Source: Gemmatimonadota bacterium
Lineage (GTDB): Bacteria > Gemmatimonadota > Gemmatimonadetes > Gemmatimonadales > GWC2-71-9
DNA: 64,000 nt
NCBI GenBank assembly: GCA_036679605.1
Contig: JAZDCZ010000254.1
Location: forward strand, 128,001 to 192,000
Reading direction: 5' to 3'
Shown: piece after piece, positions 49,875 to 60,577 of the stretch
How the letters are laid out: each line of letters begins with the position of its first letter
How positions within the stretch are numbered: the first letter of the stretch is position 1
Position numbers and translations under genes: made by a program
The notes under the pieces: model-generated
What the model was told of the DNA's origin: nothing
Database searches by the model: none
Seen by the model: only the letters and a program-made list of their open reading frames with translations

Positions 49875-50876
49875 ATGCCCGTGACAACCGTACTCGAACT
49901 CGATGAGATCAAGAATCTGGTAGATATCCCGCAGGTGATCCGCGAGATCGAAGCCGGATTTGTTCTCTATTCCGAAGGTCAAGTGGAAGTCCCGCCAGTG
50001 GGGTTTTTGCATTTCGAGAAACCTCCAGGTGACGTCCACATCAAGTACGGTTTCGTGACCGGCGACGACTACTATGTCCTGAAGATGGCGTCCGGGTTCT
50101 ACAACAACGCCGAGCTGGGGCTGCCAATCGGTGATGGCCTGCTTCTAGTTTTCAGTCAGAAGACAGGAGAACTAGAGCTGATTCTTTTGGACAAGTGTTG
50201 GCTCACGGACGTGCGCACCGCCGCAGCTGGGGCGGTCGTAGCAAAACACTTGGCACCGAAAAACATTCATCGAATCGGGATCGTGGGAACGGGCGTGCAG
50301 GCAAGGATGCAGCTCGAAATGTTGCGCGACGTAGTCGACTGCACGAGTTGTCTAGTCTGGGGACGGGATTCGACGAAAGTCCAAGGCATGATTGCCGACC
50401 TTCGGGCAAGCGAGAGTGTTCAGGTTTGGGGGTTGGAGATCGAAGCGGCACCAGCGCTTGACGATCTGGTTTTGCAATGCAATCTCATCGTGACCGCAAC
50501 ATCGGCACGAAGTCCGTTGATTCGGGCCGAGCAGGTGCAGCCGGGAACACATATCACTGCGATGGGATCGGACGATCACGGGAAGCAGGAACTCGAACCA
50601 GAGGTCCTCGGAAAGGCGGATCTCGTGGTCGCCGACAGCGTGTCACAATGTGTCGACCACGGCGAGTGCTTTGGTGCGGTTCAGGAAAAACACATAGAGG
50701 TAAATGCAATTCTTGAATTGGGCCACGTCATCAAGAACCCGGGAATCGGTCGCACCACCAATGACCAGATCACTGTGGCGGATCTTACCGGAGTTGCGAT
50801 TCAAGACATTCAAATCGCCAAGATGGTCGCACGTGCACTCGGGGACGCACCCCTGCAAGGGAGGCAACGATCATGA
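49875..50876 (+). CDS. Ornithine cyclodeaminase/mu-crystallin family
   Basis: LTDVRTAAAG, GTGVQA, GSD..K.EL, DLTGVAIQD. Confidence 0.92.
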   Translation: MPVTTVLELDEIKNLVDIPQVIREIEAGFVLYSEGQVEVPPVGFLHFEKPPGDVHIKYGFVTGDDYYVLKMASGFYNNAELGLPIGDGLLLVFSQKTGELELILLDKCWLTDVRTAAAGAVVAKHLAPKNIHRIGIVGTGVQARMQLEMLRDVVDCTSCLVWGRDSTKVQGMIADLRASESVQVWGLEIEAAPALDDLVLQCNLIVTATSARSPLIRAEQVQPGTHITAMGSDDHGKQELEPEVLGKADLVVADSVSQCVDHGECFGAVQEKHIEVNAILELGHVIKNPGIGRTTNDQITVADLTGVAIQDIQIAKMVARALGDAPLQGRQRS

Positions 50877-51847
50877 CCACCGGTGAGCAACTCCTGGACG
50901 TGCCTCGATTGGTCCTGGAGGCCAACGAAAGATGCGAAGGCCACCTTTCGCCCACTCCTCTCGAATACTCGATGTATCTCAGCCGGCAGATCGACGGCGA
51001 GGTCTGGCTCAAGTTGGATTCGATGCAAAGAACCTCTTCCTTCAAGTTCCGCGGAGCCCTCAACAAGATTCTCTCGCTCACCGAGTTGGAACTCGACAAG
51101 GGGGTCGTCTCGGCCTCGACAGGGAACTACGCCTTGGCGGTTGCAGAGGCCGTGAGGATTCGAAAACGCCACGCCACAATCTACGTGGCCGAAGATATGG
51201 AGCCGTCGCGTCTGGAGCTGTTGCGCGCCCATGGCCTCGATCTGGTCATTCACGGCGAACATGCCTGGGATGCTGAGAAGGAAGCCAGACGCGTAGCGGG
51301 AGAGGAAGACAAGATTTATGTGTCGCCCTACAACGACCCCATCGTGGTCGGTGGACAAGGCACGTGCGGGTACGAGATCTCCAACCAACTTCCCGACCTG
51401 GACGCGGCCCTCTTCGCTTGCGGGGGGGGGGGCTTGCTAACCGGATCGGCGGGGTGGCTGAAGTCCCATAACCCCGACGTGGAGGCCTTCGGCGTCTCCC
51501 CTGAGAACTCCCCAGTAATGCATGAGTCCATGCGGACCAAGAAGATCGTCGAGATGGAAACCTATGCAACGCTCGCAGACACCTGCGCGGGCGGTGTGGA
51601 TCTAGACAGCATCACTCTAGGGCTGTGTCAGCGATATGTGGAGGAAATCATTTTGCTCAGCGAGTCAGAGATCGAGGAGTCCATCCGCCTTCTCTTCGAG
51701 CAGCATCGCCTCGTGGTCGAAGGTTCGGGAGCCTTGGCCGTTGGGGCTCTTCTCAAACGGAGAGAGCGATTCAAGGGGAAGAAGGTCGTCGCCGTCGTCT
51801 GCGGGCGCAACATCGATCTGGAAGTGTTCAAACGGATCATTCAGTAA
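50873..51847 (+). CDS. PLP-dependent threonine/serine dehydratase family
   Basis: SFKFRGA, STGN, GQGT, CGGGGL, GRNID; ATGA overlap with upstream gene. Confidence 0.92.
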   Translation: MTTGEQLLDVPRLVLEANERCEGHLSPTPLEYSMYLSRQIDGEVWLKLDSMQRTSSFKFRGALNKILSLTELELDKGVVSASTGNYALAVAEAVRIRKRHATIYVAEDMEPSRLELLRAHGLDLVIHGEHAWDAEKEARRVAGEEDKIYVSPYNDPIVVGGQGTCGYEISNQLPDLDAALFACGGGGLLTGSAGWLKSHNPDVEAFGVSPENSPVMHESMRTKKIVEMETYATLADTCAGGVDLDSITLGLCQRYVEEIILLSESEIEESIRLLFEQHRLVVEGSGALAVGALLKRRERFKGKKVVAVVCGRNIDLEVFKRIIQ

Positions 51848-51967
51848 AAGGTTGGACCCGCGGCCTAAGCGCCCCCTAAGCAATCGCAACGCCTCTCATC
51901 CGCGTGCATCCGCGCGGCGTCCTTCTGATCGACACGGATCGTCAGCGGTCGCCTCGAATCGGCGCGC

Positions 51968-52723
51968 CTACAAAACGCTCCCGAGCGCGACGCGAACGGC
52001 TTCGCCGCTAACACCGCTCGACTCTTCCGACGCGAAGAAAGCGATCATCTCGGCGACCTCCTGAGGCGTGGCGACACGGCCCGGCAGATACTGGTTCGCT
52101 CGTTCCTCCCACACCTGCTCGGGTGTGACGCCACGTTCTTCCGCCTCGGCGCGTGCCGAGCGCTCGGCCATCTCGGTCCGTACCCAACCGGGCAGTACGG
52201 CATTCGCGGTAACGCCGTGCGCGCCCGCGTCCTGTGCGACCGATCGCATCAATCCGATTAATCCGTGTTTGGCTGCAGTGTAAGCGCTTCCCGCGTATTC
52301 GGCGACCAGGCCGGCCGTCGAACTGGTGTAGACGAGGCGTCCGTAGCCGCGTTCGACCATCCCGCGCGCCACCAACCGCGAGAGGTGGAAGGGTCCGTCG
52401 AGGTTGATCTGCATCGTCTCGCTCCAGACCTTCGGATCCTGCTCCCAGATCACCCGCTCGTGGGCCGAGCCGATACCGTGATTGCAGACGAGGATGTCAA
52501 TCGGTCCCAAGCGGCTCTCGGTTTCCGCTACGGCAAGCGCGCAACCCTCGGGCGTGCCGAGATCTGCGACCGTGTACTCGAGACCGAGTGCGGCCAACTC
52601 CTGTTCGCTGCGCGAGACGCCCATGACCCGGGCGCCACGCGCAGCCAGCAGCTCCGCGACCGCGCGCCCGATGCCTCGGCCTGCGCCCGTGACGAGCGCG
52701 ATCCTGCCCTCGACTCCTGCCAT
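51968..52723 (-). CDS. Short-chain dehydrogenase/reductase
   Basis: TGAGRGIG, YTAAK, PGWV.T. Confidence 0.93.
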   Translation of the reverse strand: MAGVEGRIALVTGAGRGIGRAVAELLAARGARVMGVSRSEQELAALGLEYTVADLGTPEGCALAVAETESRLGPIDILVCNHGIGSAHERVIWEQDPKVWSETMQINLDGPFHLSRLVARGMVERGYGRLVYTSSTAGLVAEYAGSAYTAAKHGLIGLMRSVAQDAGAHGVTANAVLPGWVRTEMAERSARAEAEERGVTPEQVWEERANQYLPGRVATPQEVAEMIAFFASEESSGVSGEAVRVALGSVL

Positions 52724-52859
52724 GCTCCGAACCTCCGTTGTGTCCTATCGCGTTCGCTCGACCCACGCGCGCGCGCACACTCGTAATTGTCTCGGCCGGC
52801 ACATCTCCGTATGCTACACCGCCCGGACGTTGACGGTGATGTGCAACCCGGCGATTGTA

Positions 52860-52940
52860 TTTTGTGGCGCGATTCCGACTTTTATGGCGCGATCTTCCAT
52901 TTTATGGCACGATGATATGTTATATGACGCGATATATACA
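52860..52940 (-). mobile_element. Orphan Tn7/Mu-superfamily-like transposon end
   Basis: Minus strand starts TGT, then four ATCGCGCCATAAAA-like repeats at an exact 20-bp period. Confidence 0.65.
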
Positions 52941-53149
52941 GTAAGAGAGTCACCCACCAAATCCGTGCCGTCCGAAGGATATGCACCTCTCTCCGTAGCA
53001 GCCACAAAGGTCCTCGCGCTCGTCCGGCAACCTCTGTCGCGTCGGATGCCGAATACATTGGGTTCAATCGCCCGACAGTGCTGGCATTTCACGCGGCGCT
53101 GTCTGAGAACTTGCCCTAGCCCGGCAATTGCCGGCCTCCCATTCGTCTT

Positions 53150-56100
53150 TCAGCGCAGCCTCACCGGAGCCAACCCGGCAGCACGCCGCTTCGCGTTCAG
53201 CGCATCGAGACCCGATACGCTGAGTTCACTCCAGCGTTGCATCACGTCCCGCGCCTGGGCGCGCGCTTTGTCTCCAGCCGCCACCCTCCGAACCGTAGGC
53301 CCGACGTCCGCATCGGCCATGGCCATCGCGGCGCCCATCAGAGCGTTGCTCACGCTCTGGAGCGTGGCTGGTCCGGCCGGTCCGCGCCGGAAGAACCGGC
53401 GTCGGGGCCTCGGAGCGGGCGCCAGAGCCTCAACCTTGGCCCTGAACGCCGCGACATCCGCACCCTTCAACGCCGCGAGCTTCGTCACCAGAGCACGCGC
53501 CTGATCGTAGGCGGCGCGCACCTCGACCGCTCCGTCGTAGAGACGCCGCGACAGGGACGCCAATTGAGCCAAGTCCACAGCGGAAGTCTTCACCCTCGGA
53601 TCGAGGCGCAGCTCGAGCGGCCGGGTGAACTCCTGCCCCTCGACACTCAGGCGGACGGTGTAGGTCCCCGGAGGAGCCCACGGAGCCTGTATCGACGGGC
53701 GGGTATGATGCGGTACAGCGCCGGCGGAGCCGCTCGCCCTGGGCTCCTCGCCGAACGGATCGAAGGCCAGATCCCACGCGAAGCGGCGCACCCCCTTCCG
53801 GGTGGAGAGCGTCATCTGCGGGGCCACCCAGTAGAGCGGCACGTTACAGTTCGGGGCCGTGGGTTCCCTCCGGCAGACTGCGTCATACGCTTCCGGATCA
53901 ATGCCGGGATCGGGGTCGAGCACCGGGTCATCGCTCGAGTAGGAGCGCACGACCTTCCCGTCGGCGTCCAGGATGTCCAACCCGACCGCCCCTGAGGCAT
54001 CCGAGACGAGATAGTAGTCGATGATGCCGCCGGGAAGCGGGTTCTCACCGGCCGGCAACTCCGGCGGCCACTCGGTGGGCGCGTTGGTCCCGGAACGCAC
54101 CCGCACGGCAGTCGCGGGCTCGAAGAGATACGCGATGCGGGCGGCCCGCGCCTCGGCCGCCTGCCGTAGCGGCGTGACGTCGTCCAAAATCCAGAAACCG
54201 CGACCGTGAGTGCCCGCCACCAGGTCGGAACACAAGCACGTCGTGTCGTCCTTCAACTCGATGTCCCGTACAGACACCGCTGGCATGTTCATGCGCAGCG
54301 ATTGCCATGCATCCCCGTCATTGAAGGAAACCCATACCTGCGTCTCGGTCGCGGCGTAGAGCAACCCTTCCTTCCTCGGGTCCTCTCGGATCGAGTTTGC
54401 GACCGCACCGGGGGCAAGGCCGCTGTTGATTTCCGTCCATGTGCTGCCGCCGTCGTGCGTACGCCAGAAGTGCGGGTTCATGTCATCGATCCGCATCGTG
54501 TTCGCGGCAGCATACGCGGTACCTGCGCCGAAGTGACCGGCTTCGATGTTGAAGATCCGCGTCCAGGGCTCGATCTCGGGCGGCGTCACATTCCTCCAGT
54601 GGGCGCCTCCGTCGCTCGTAACCTGGATGTTGCCGTCGTCGGTGCCCGCCCAAATCACGTCCACGTCCAGCGGGGACGGAGACAGCGCGGTGATCGCGCC
54701 CTGCGGTCCGGGCGTTACACCGTCGGCATACTTCCCCGCGCTCGTCGGCACGTCCCAACTCGGGCGGGCAAGGTCGGGGCTCACGCGACTCCACGTGTGA
54801 CCGCGGTCCATCGTCTTCCACACCACGTTCGACGTGTAAAACATCATGTCCGGATCGATCGGCGACCACTGCAGCGGCATCGTCCGCACGTCGCGATTGA
54901 AGGGCCCTCCCCGCGGTCCCATGTCGGGTCCAACACGCGTGGTCTGGCCAGTTTTTCTGTTGTAGAGCGTGACGTCCGACCGGCTACTCCCGAACACCAT
55001 GTCCGGGTCCCTCGGATCCGGTGCCGCAATGCCGTACTCCTGGATGTTCGCAGGATGCCAATCGTGGAAGGTGATCTCGCCGTCCATGGAGCGACTCGCG
55101 ACGCACGCGGAGCCCGAGTCCTGCTGACCGCTGCACACGCGGTACGGGAAGTCTTTGTCTGTGGTCACATGGTACATGGCGCCAGTGGGCTGTGTGTACC
55201 AGTTGCTCCACGACGCACCCCGGTTTGCCGAGATCACCGCTCCCTGGTCGGACACTGCGAGGATGATTTCGCGGTGGTCCGGGTTGATCCAGATCTTCTG
55301 GTAGTCGTCACCACCGTACGCGCCGCGCACCGCCGACCAGGTGATTCCCCCGTCTTCACTGCGCCACATGACCACCGTGGCGCTGTAAATAATGTTCTCG
55401 TCCTTGGGGTCCACTGTGACTGTGGGCAGGTCACCGCCGCCGATACGCCTCAGCGGTCTCGTATCCACATGTGGCGTAGCGGCGTCCAGCGGGCCCTCGG
55501 GCACATCCACGGGTGTCCAGTGCGCTCCACCGTCCGACGAGGTGTAGAAGCCCACAACCCCGGTGGTACCGCCGTCCCTGCCGGGCCCGGCGCCGGTCGC
55601 GGCCTTGCGGGTGCCGGCCACCATCGCATAGAGCCGGCTCGGGTTGCTCGGCGCGAGGGCCAGGTTGGCCTCGATCACACTCGGCAACCCTTCGGTAAGC
55701 GGATTCCAGGTCGTGCCGCCGTCCGTGGATTTGTAGATGCCGTTCCCCGCGCCGCCAAATTCATAGCTCTCGCGGAAGCTCTGCTGCTGCTGCCAGAGGG
55801 TCGCATACACGGTGTTTGGATCCGACGGATCGATGAGAACGTCGTTGCCGCTCGTGTACTCGTCGCGGTAGAGCACCTTCTCGAACGTCTGCCCCCCATC
55901 GGTAGAGCGGAAGATGCCCCGCTCCTCGTTGGGACCGTACGGGTGTCCGAGCACGGCGACGAACAGGCGGTCGGGATTCGTCGGGTCGACAGCGACGTCG
56001 GCAATCATCTGGCTGTTCCGCAGCCCCAGGTGCGCCCACGTCACACCAGCATCCGTCGACTTATACATCCCGTCACCAGTGGAGAGGTCCGGGCGAATGA

Positions 56101-56431
56101 TGCCCGCACCGCTACCCACATAGATGATGTCCGGATCGGACGGCGCCACTGCGATGGCACCGATGGAGCCCGTAGGCTCCCGATCGAAAAGTGGTTCCCA
56201 GTTCGAGCCGTAGTCGGTCGAGCGCCACATGCCACCGTTGTCGAATCCGATGTAGAACACGTTCGGCTGCGTTCGCACGCCATCCAGGGCCCGGGTGCGA
56301 CCCGCGCGCGGCGGGCCAATCGAGCGCCAGTGCATCTCAGCGGAGATGTCAGGAGACTGGGCGGCGGCGAAAGAGGCAGAGGCCGCGAGAAATGTGAGTG
56401 CGAGAGCGGTGCGGAGAAACGTGGTAGACAT
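53150..56431 (-). CDS. VPS10/BNR-repeat beta-propeller protein (glycosyl hydrolase-like), secreted
   Basis: WRSIGP..GR, many S.DGG.TW Asp-boxes, THGRGFWILDD; AGGAGG RBS. Confidence 0.9.
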   Translation of the reverse strand: MSTTFLRTALALTFLAASASFAAAQSPDISAEMHWRSIGPPRAGRTRALDGVRTQPNVFYIGFDNGGMWRSTDYGSNWEPLFDREPTGSIGAIAVAPSDPDIIYVGSGAGIIRPDLSTGDGMYKSTDAGVTWAHLGLRNSQMIADVAVDPTNPDRLFVAVLGHPYGPNEERGIFRSTDGGQTFEKVLYRDEYTSGNDVLIDPSDPNTVYATLWQQQQSFRESYEFGGAGNGIYKSTDGGTTWNPLTEGLPSVIEANLALAPSNPSRLYAMVAGTRKAATGAGPGRDGGTTGVVGFYTSSDGGAHWTPVDVPEGPLDAATPHVDTRPLRRIGGGDLPTVTVDPKDENIIYSATVVMWRSEDGGITWSAVRGAYGGDDYQKIWINPDHREIILAVSDQGAVISANRGASWSNWYTQPTGAMYHVTTDKDFPYRVCSGQQDSGSACVASRSMDGEITFHDWHPANIQEYGIAAPDPRDPDMVFGSSRSDVTLYNRKTGQTTRVGPDMGPRGGPFNRDVRTMPLQWSPIDPDMMFYTSNVVWKTMDRGHTWSRVSPDLARPSWDVPTSAGKYADGVTPGPQGAITALSPSPLDVDVIWAGTDDGNIQVTSDGGAHWRNVTPPEIEPWTRIFNIEAGHFGAGTAYAAANTMRIDDMNPHFWRTHDGGSTWTEINSGLAPGAVANSIREDPRKEGLLYAATETQVWVSFNDGDAWQSLRMNMPAVSVRDIELKDDTTCLCSDLVAGTHGRGFWILDDVTPLRQAAEARAARIAYLFEPATAVRVRSGTNAPTEWPPELPAGENPLPGGIIDYYLVSDASGAVGLDILDADGKVVRSYSSDDPVLDPDPGIDPEAYDAVCRREPTAPNCNVPLYWVAPQMTLSTRKGVRRFAWDLAFDPFGEEPRASGSAGAVPHHTRPSIQAPWAPPGTYTVRLSVEGQEFTRPLELRLDPRVKTSAVDLAQLASLSRRLYDGAVEVRAAYDQARALVTKLAALKGADVAAFRAKVEALAPAPRPRRRFFRRGPAGPATLQSVSNALMGAAMAMADADVGPTVRRVAAGDKARAQARDVMQRWSELSVSGLDALNAKRRAAGLAPVRLR

Positions 56432-56814
56432 GAGTGAACGCCTCCTGGCGTACCCGGTGATCACTAGGAATTTCAATCGGTGCTCCGAAGGTATAGCGCG
56501 GTGGCTTGTGACGGTACCACTTCCTCACGATCTCGGCTCTGAAAAGCGCTAATGAACTCATGGCGTCGTTCCCTCGACGTTCCAGTTCTGGGACAACGTC
56601 CCGTTGCTTCTCGCCGATGCGCGCGTCATCTTTGGTGCCCAGGCAAACCGCTAACTGATGCGCAGGACAGGTAGCCGTACCTACTGTAACCTCTGTCGCA
56701 TGCCCCCGTGCTGCGTCACGTTTTTCGACTGCGGGTCTCGACAGTTTGCAACGCACCGACACAAATTTTCGCGAGCTTGTAGCCGGGATACACACGACCC
56801 TGGAGGTATTTGAA

Positions 56815-59088
56815 ATGCGACAACTCAGAATGATCGGCTTGGCTGCCTTGACACTCACTCTGAGTGGGGCAGGCTCGCTGGCGGGTCAAACGACGGCCCG
56901 CTCCGAGGACGCGGCTTCCGCCAACACGTCAAAGGACTGGGAGACGGTGTTCCGGGCCGTACCGGATCCCGACAGCCTGCGCTCCTACATGAAGCGACTG
57001 AGCGCCCGGCCCCATCATGTCGGCTCGGCCTACGACAAAGACAATGCCGAGTGGATTCTGGCGAAACTCAAATCGTGGGGACTGAATGCAAAGATCGAGC
57101 GCTTCGACGTGCTCTTTCCGACTCCCAAACGCCGAGTGGTGGAGATGGTCGAGCCCACCCGGTTCACAGCAAGCTTGCACGAACCGGCGCTCAAGGTGGA
57201 TCCGACTTCTGACCAGCAGGATGAACAGCTGCCCACCTATAACTCCTACTCGGGCGATGGCGACGTAACCGCGCCCCTCGTGTTCGTGAACTACGGCATT
57301 CCGGCCGACTACGAACAGCTCGATCGGTTGGGAATTTCGGTAGAAGGCAAGATCGTGATCGCGCGCTATGGACGCTCGTGGCGAGGGGTCAAGCCCAAGG
57401 TTGCCGCCGAACATGGGGCCGTCGGCTGCCTCCTGTACTCGGATCCCCGCGACGACGGCTACTTTGGCGGGAACGTGTTCCCAGACGGCCCGATGCGGCC
57501 GGAGTTCGGCGTCCAGCGGGGCAGCGTGTTGGACATTACGCAGCACCCGGGCGACCCGCTCACACCGGGAGTGGGTGCCACCGAGGGTGTCAAGCGCGAG
57601 CCGATAGAGGGCAACCCTAGCATTCAGCGCATCCCGGTCCTGCCACTTTCATATGCGGATGCGCGGCCGCTGCTGACGGCGATCGGCGGTCCACTGGCTC
57701 CAGAGGAGTGGCGGGGAGGTCTGCCTATCACCTATCACGTGGGCCCCGGCCCCGCCACGATACACCTGGCTGTGGAATCGAACTGGGACATCAAGCCGGT
57801 CTACAACGTCATCGCGCAGATTCCCGGAGCGGTGTACCCGGATGAATGGATCGTCCGAGGCAACCACCACGATGCCTGGGTGAACGGCGCCGAAGACCCG
57901 ATCTCGGGCCAAGTCGCACTACTGGAAGAGGCTCGCGGCCTCGGGCAGCTGCTTAGCCAGGGCTGGCAACCGCGCCGCACGATCATCTACGCCGCATGGG
58001 ACGGGGAAGAGCCGATGCTGCTCGGCTCCACCGAATGGGCGGAGGAGCACGGCGAAGAGCTTCGCGAACACGCGGTCGTCTACATCAACACGGATAGCAA
58101 CGGCCGTGGCTATCTGGGCGTGAGCGGGTCGCACACCCTGCAGCGTTTCATCAACCAGGTTGCCGAGGACGTCCAGGATCCGGAGACGGGCCTGAGCGTT
58201 CGGGAGCGCCGCCGCCGCGCCAACATCGCTCGCGGATCCAAAGAGGAACGTGCCCGGCTCCGACACGGGGGCGACGTGAAGATCTGGGCGCTCGGCTCCG
58301 GGTCGGACTACACTGCCTTCCTCGACCATCTCGGCGTGGCCTCGCTGGACATCGGCTATGGCGGAGAGGATGACGGCGGCATCTACCACTCCATCTACGA
58401 CGATTTCTACTGGTTCACACACTTCTCGGACGTGGATTTCGTCTACGGCCGTTCCCTTGCGCAGACGGTAGGCAGCGCAGTCATTCGGTTGGCCGACACC
58501 GACCTTCTTCCCTACGACTTCACGGGCCTCGCCGAGACTGTGAGCGGCTACGTGACGGAACTCAAGGAGCTTCTGAAGAGCCGGCAGGATAAGGTGGCTG
58601 AGCGCAACCGGCAGATCGAAGAGGGAGTTTTCACGGCCACGCAAGATCCGAGAAGACCCACTGTCGCACCGAAACGCCAGGACGTGCCCCCTCACCTGAA
58701 CTTCGCACCGCTGGATAATGCTGTGGACGCGCTGAAGGGAAGCGCTCAGGAATACGAAGCGGCACGGAAGGAGTTCAGATCAAAGTCGGGGGACTCCCCG
58801 GCAACCGCTCGGTTGGCTGAACTCAACAAGCTCCTCATCCAGAGCGAGCGCCGGCTGGCGAGTTCGGAGGGGCTGCCTGGCCGCGCCTGGTACAAGCACC
58901 TCATCTACGCGCCCGGTGAGTACTCCGGCTACGGGGCCAAGACGATTCCCGGGGTCCGTGAGGCAATCGAACTCAAGCGTTACGATGTGGCGGAGGCCGA
59001 GATCGGACGAGTCGCCCGTGCGCTGATGACGGAGGTGGCGCTCATCAATCAAGCCACGGGGCTGCTAAAGAATCTGCAAGACGGTTGA
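56815..59088 (+). CDS. M28 glutamate carboxypeptidase II-like peptidase (PA and TfR dimer domains)
   Basis: GNHHDAW, GAEDPISG, WDGEE, GSTEW, GSGSD, YHSIYD, WYKHLIYAPG. Confidence 0.93.
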   Translation: MRQLRMIGLAALTLTLSGAGSLAGQTTARSEDAASANTSKDWETVFRAVPDPDSLRSYMKRLSARPHHVGSAYDKDNAEWILAKLKSWGLNAKIERFDVLFPTPKRRVVEMVEPTRFTASLHEPALKVDPTSDQQDEQLPTYNSYSGDGDVTAPLVFVNYGIPADYEQLDRLGISVEGKIVIARYGRSWRGVKPKVAAEHGAVGCLLYSDPRDDGYFGGNVFPDGPMRPEFGVQRGSVLDITQHPGDPLTPGVGATEGVKREPIEGNPSIQRIPVLPLSYADARPLLTAIGGPLAPEEWRGGLPITYHVGPGPATIHLAVESNWDIKPVYNVIAQIPGAVYPDEWIVRGNHHDAWVNGAEDPISGQVALLEEARGLGQLLSQGWQPRRTIIYAAWDGEEPMLLGSTEWAEEHGEELREHAVVYINTDSNGRGYLGVSGSHTLQRFINQVAEDVQDPETGLSVRERRRRANIARGSKEERARLRHGGDVKIWALGSGSDYTAFLDHLGVASLDIGYGGEDDGGIYHSIYDDFYWFTHFSDVDFVYGRSLAQTVGSAVIRLADTDLLPYDFTGLAETVSGYVTELKELLKSRQDKVAERNRQIEEGVFTATQDPRRPTVAPKRQDVPPHLNFAPLDNAVDALKGSAQEYEAARKEFRSKSGDSPATARLAELNKLLIQSERRLASSEGLPGRAWYKHLIYAPGEYSGYGAKTIPGVREAIELKRYDVAEAEIGRVARALMTEVALINQATGLLKNLQDG

Positions 59089-59139
59089 GCCGCGAGGAGG
59101 GGGGGAGATGGAAGTGGGGGATTCGACCGCGGCATTCGC

Positions 59140-59424
59140 GTGGGCGGGTCGGAGCAGTCCTACGCAATCGCCCTACTCGATGTGGATCGCGACGGTGATA
59201 TCGATGTCGTGGTGGCAAACGTTCGGGGACGAAACGAACTCTACCTGAATGATGGTTCGGGAACGACTTGGACTCGCAGCATGATCGGGGACGAATCCTC
59301 CGTCACCTATGGCGTGGCCACCGCCGACCTCAACGGAGACGGGTTCCCCGATCTCGGGTTCGCCAATTCGGGCAGCACCAACCTGATCTTCCTCAACGTC
59401 GCGGCCGAACGTAACCGGGACTAG
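59140..59424 (+). pseudogene. FG-GAP/VCBS repeat fragment
   Basis: DVDRDGDIDVV and DLNGDGFPDL; only two blades, no signal peptide. Confidence 0.65.
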
Positions 59425-59437
59425 GAGACCACGCCGG

Positions 59438-60571
59438 CTAGCGCTTCACCACAATCTGGATCTCCACGTTTGATCGCCCCATGAGGCGACTTCCCACCAC
59501 CGTGGGCTCCGGCGCGTCAGTTCCCAGTGTCTCGTCCAGTACGGCGCGCACGGCATCCCAGTCTCGAACGTCGGCCAAATAGACCCACACGTTCTCGACA
59601 TCCCCGAAACCCACAGAGGCGGCGTCGAGGGTCGATCTGATTCTGTCCAACGCGGCCCGGGCCTCCTCCGCTGCGTCACCACCCCGCCCGGTCATTCCAG
59701 CGACGTACACGCGATCACCCGTATCGATTCCGGGCGAGAACGGGAATCGCCGACGGGCTTGTCCCTCGGCGAGCACTACGCTTCTGTCCGACGACGACAC
59801 CGCCACGCACTGAATTTCAGTGGAAAACGCGACGTTCATGAGCGCCGCACGCACGGTCGCACGTGCCGGAGGATCCTCGACGCTTACAAATTCCGCATAA
59901 GCCTCATTCATGCTACCGAAGCTTCGAGGGTCATCGAGGAAGACTCGGCAGGTGACCAGATCTGCGAAGCTCATCCCAGCCTCCTTCAGCACTAATCCGA
60001 TGTTGCCGAAGACCCGACGTGTCTGCGTCGCCACATCACCCGTTACGGGTTGGTAGGTCTCCGGGCTCCTGCTGGTCGCTCCAGAGAGAAATAGCATGTT
60101 AGCCACCTTGATTCCCCAAGAATACGGCAGCTCCGGAGATCTCAAGCCGCCCGGCGTAACGATCTCCTTGGGGCCACCGGCCGCCACGACCGAGATCTGG
60201 ATGAGAGCCTCGGGATCCAGCAAGTCGGCTTGAACCGTTGCCCGAGTGGGAGGCCTTGTCTGGAAATAAGTACGATAGACTCCGTTCATCGCCTGGAAGT
60301 GGCGCGTGTCCCTCAGGAACACGTTGGAGACCACCACATCGGAGTAGTCGAGGCCGCGCTTCCGCAGCGCCTCACCCAGATTGTCGAGCATGACGGCGGT
60401 CTGCTCTTCGACGCCGACGACCGCCATCCCTCCCGACTCGGTGCCGATCACATTCGAGATATAGACCAGCTCCGCGCCTTGCGCCGAGATCCGTACCGGC
60501 GACACGAACGCGAGAAGCAGCAGGCACCCAATTACGGTGCGTCGAAAGCACGGTACATGCTTCATACTCAT
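59438..60571 (-). CDS. Triple-domain RidA/YjgF family protein with signal peptide
   Basis: Three Rid repeats (MN.VY..F...PTRA.V; MNEAY...PARA.V; degenerate third). Confidence 0.88.
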   Translation of the reverse strand: MSMKHVPCFRRTVIGCLLLLAFVSPVRISAQGAELVYISNVIGTESGGMAVVGVEEQTAVMLDNLGEALRKRGLDYSDVVVSNVFLRDTRHFQAMNGVYRTYFQTRPPTRATVQADLLDPEALIQISVVAAGGPKEIVTPGGLRSPELPYSWGIKVANMLFLSGATSRSPETYQPVTGDVATQTRRVFGNIGLVLKEAGMSFADLVTCRVFLDDPRSFGSMNEAYAEFVSVEDPPARATVRAALMNVAFSTEIQCVAVSSSDRSVVLAEGQARRRFPFSPGIDTGDRVYVAGMTGRGGDAAEEARAALDRIRSTLDAASVGFGDVENVWVYLADVRDWDAVRAVLDETLGTDAPEPTVVGSRLMGRSNVEIQIVVKR

Positions 60572-60577
60572 GCCAAG

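Noticed and set aside
51422..51432. G11 tract as a phase-variation switch
   Set aside because: It encodes the conserved in-frame Gly loop (CGGGG) of the dehydratase.
52482..53504. 340-aa ORF spanning the SDR gene, gap and VPS10 gene
   Set aside because: Crosses two antisense genes and a transposon end; no recognisable domain.
54206..56437. 743-aa plus-strand ORF, and similar ORFs at 13199-14323, 24076-24963, 47823-48998 and 62890-63843
   Set aside because: Antisense shadows of well-supported genes in GC-rich DNA, with no motifs.
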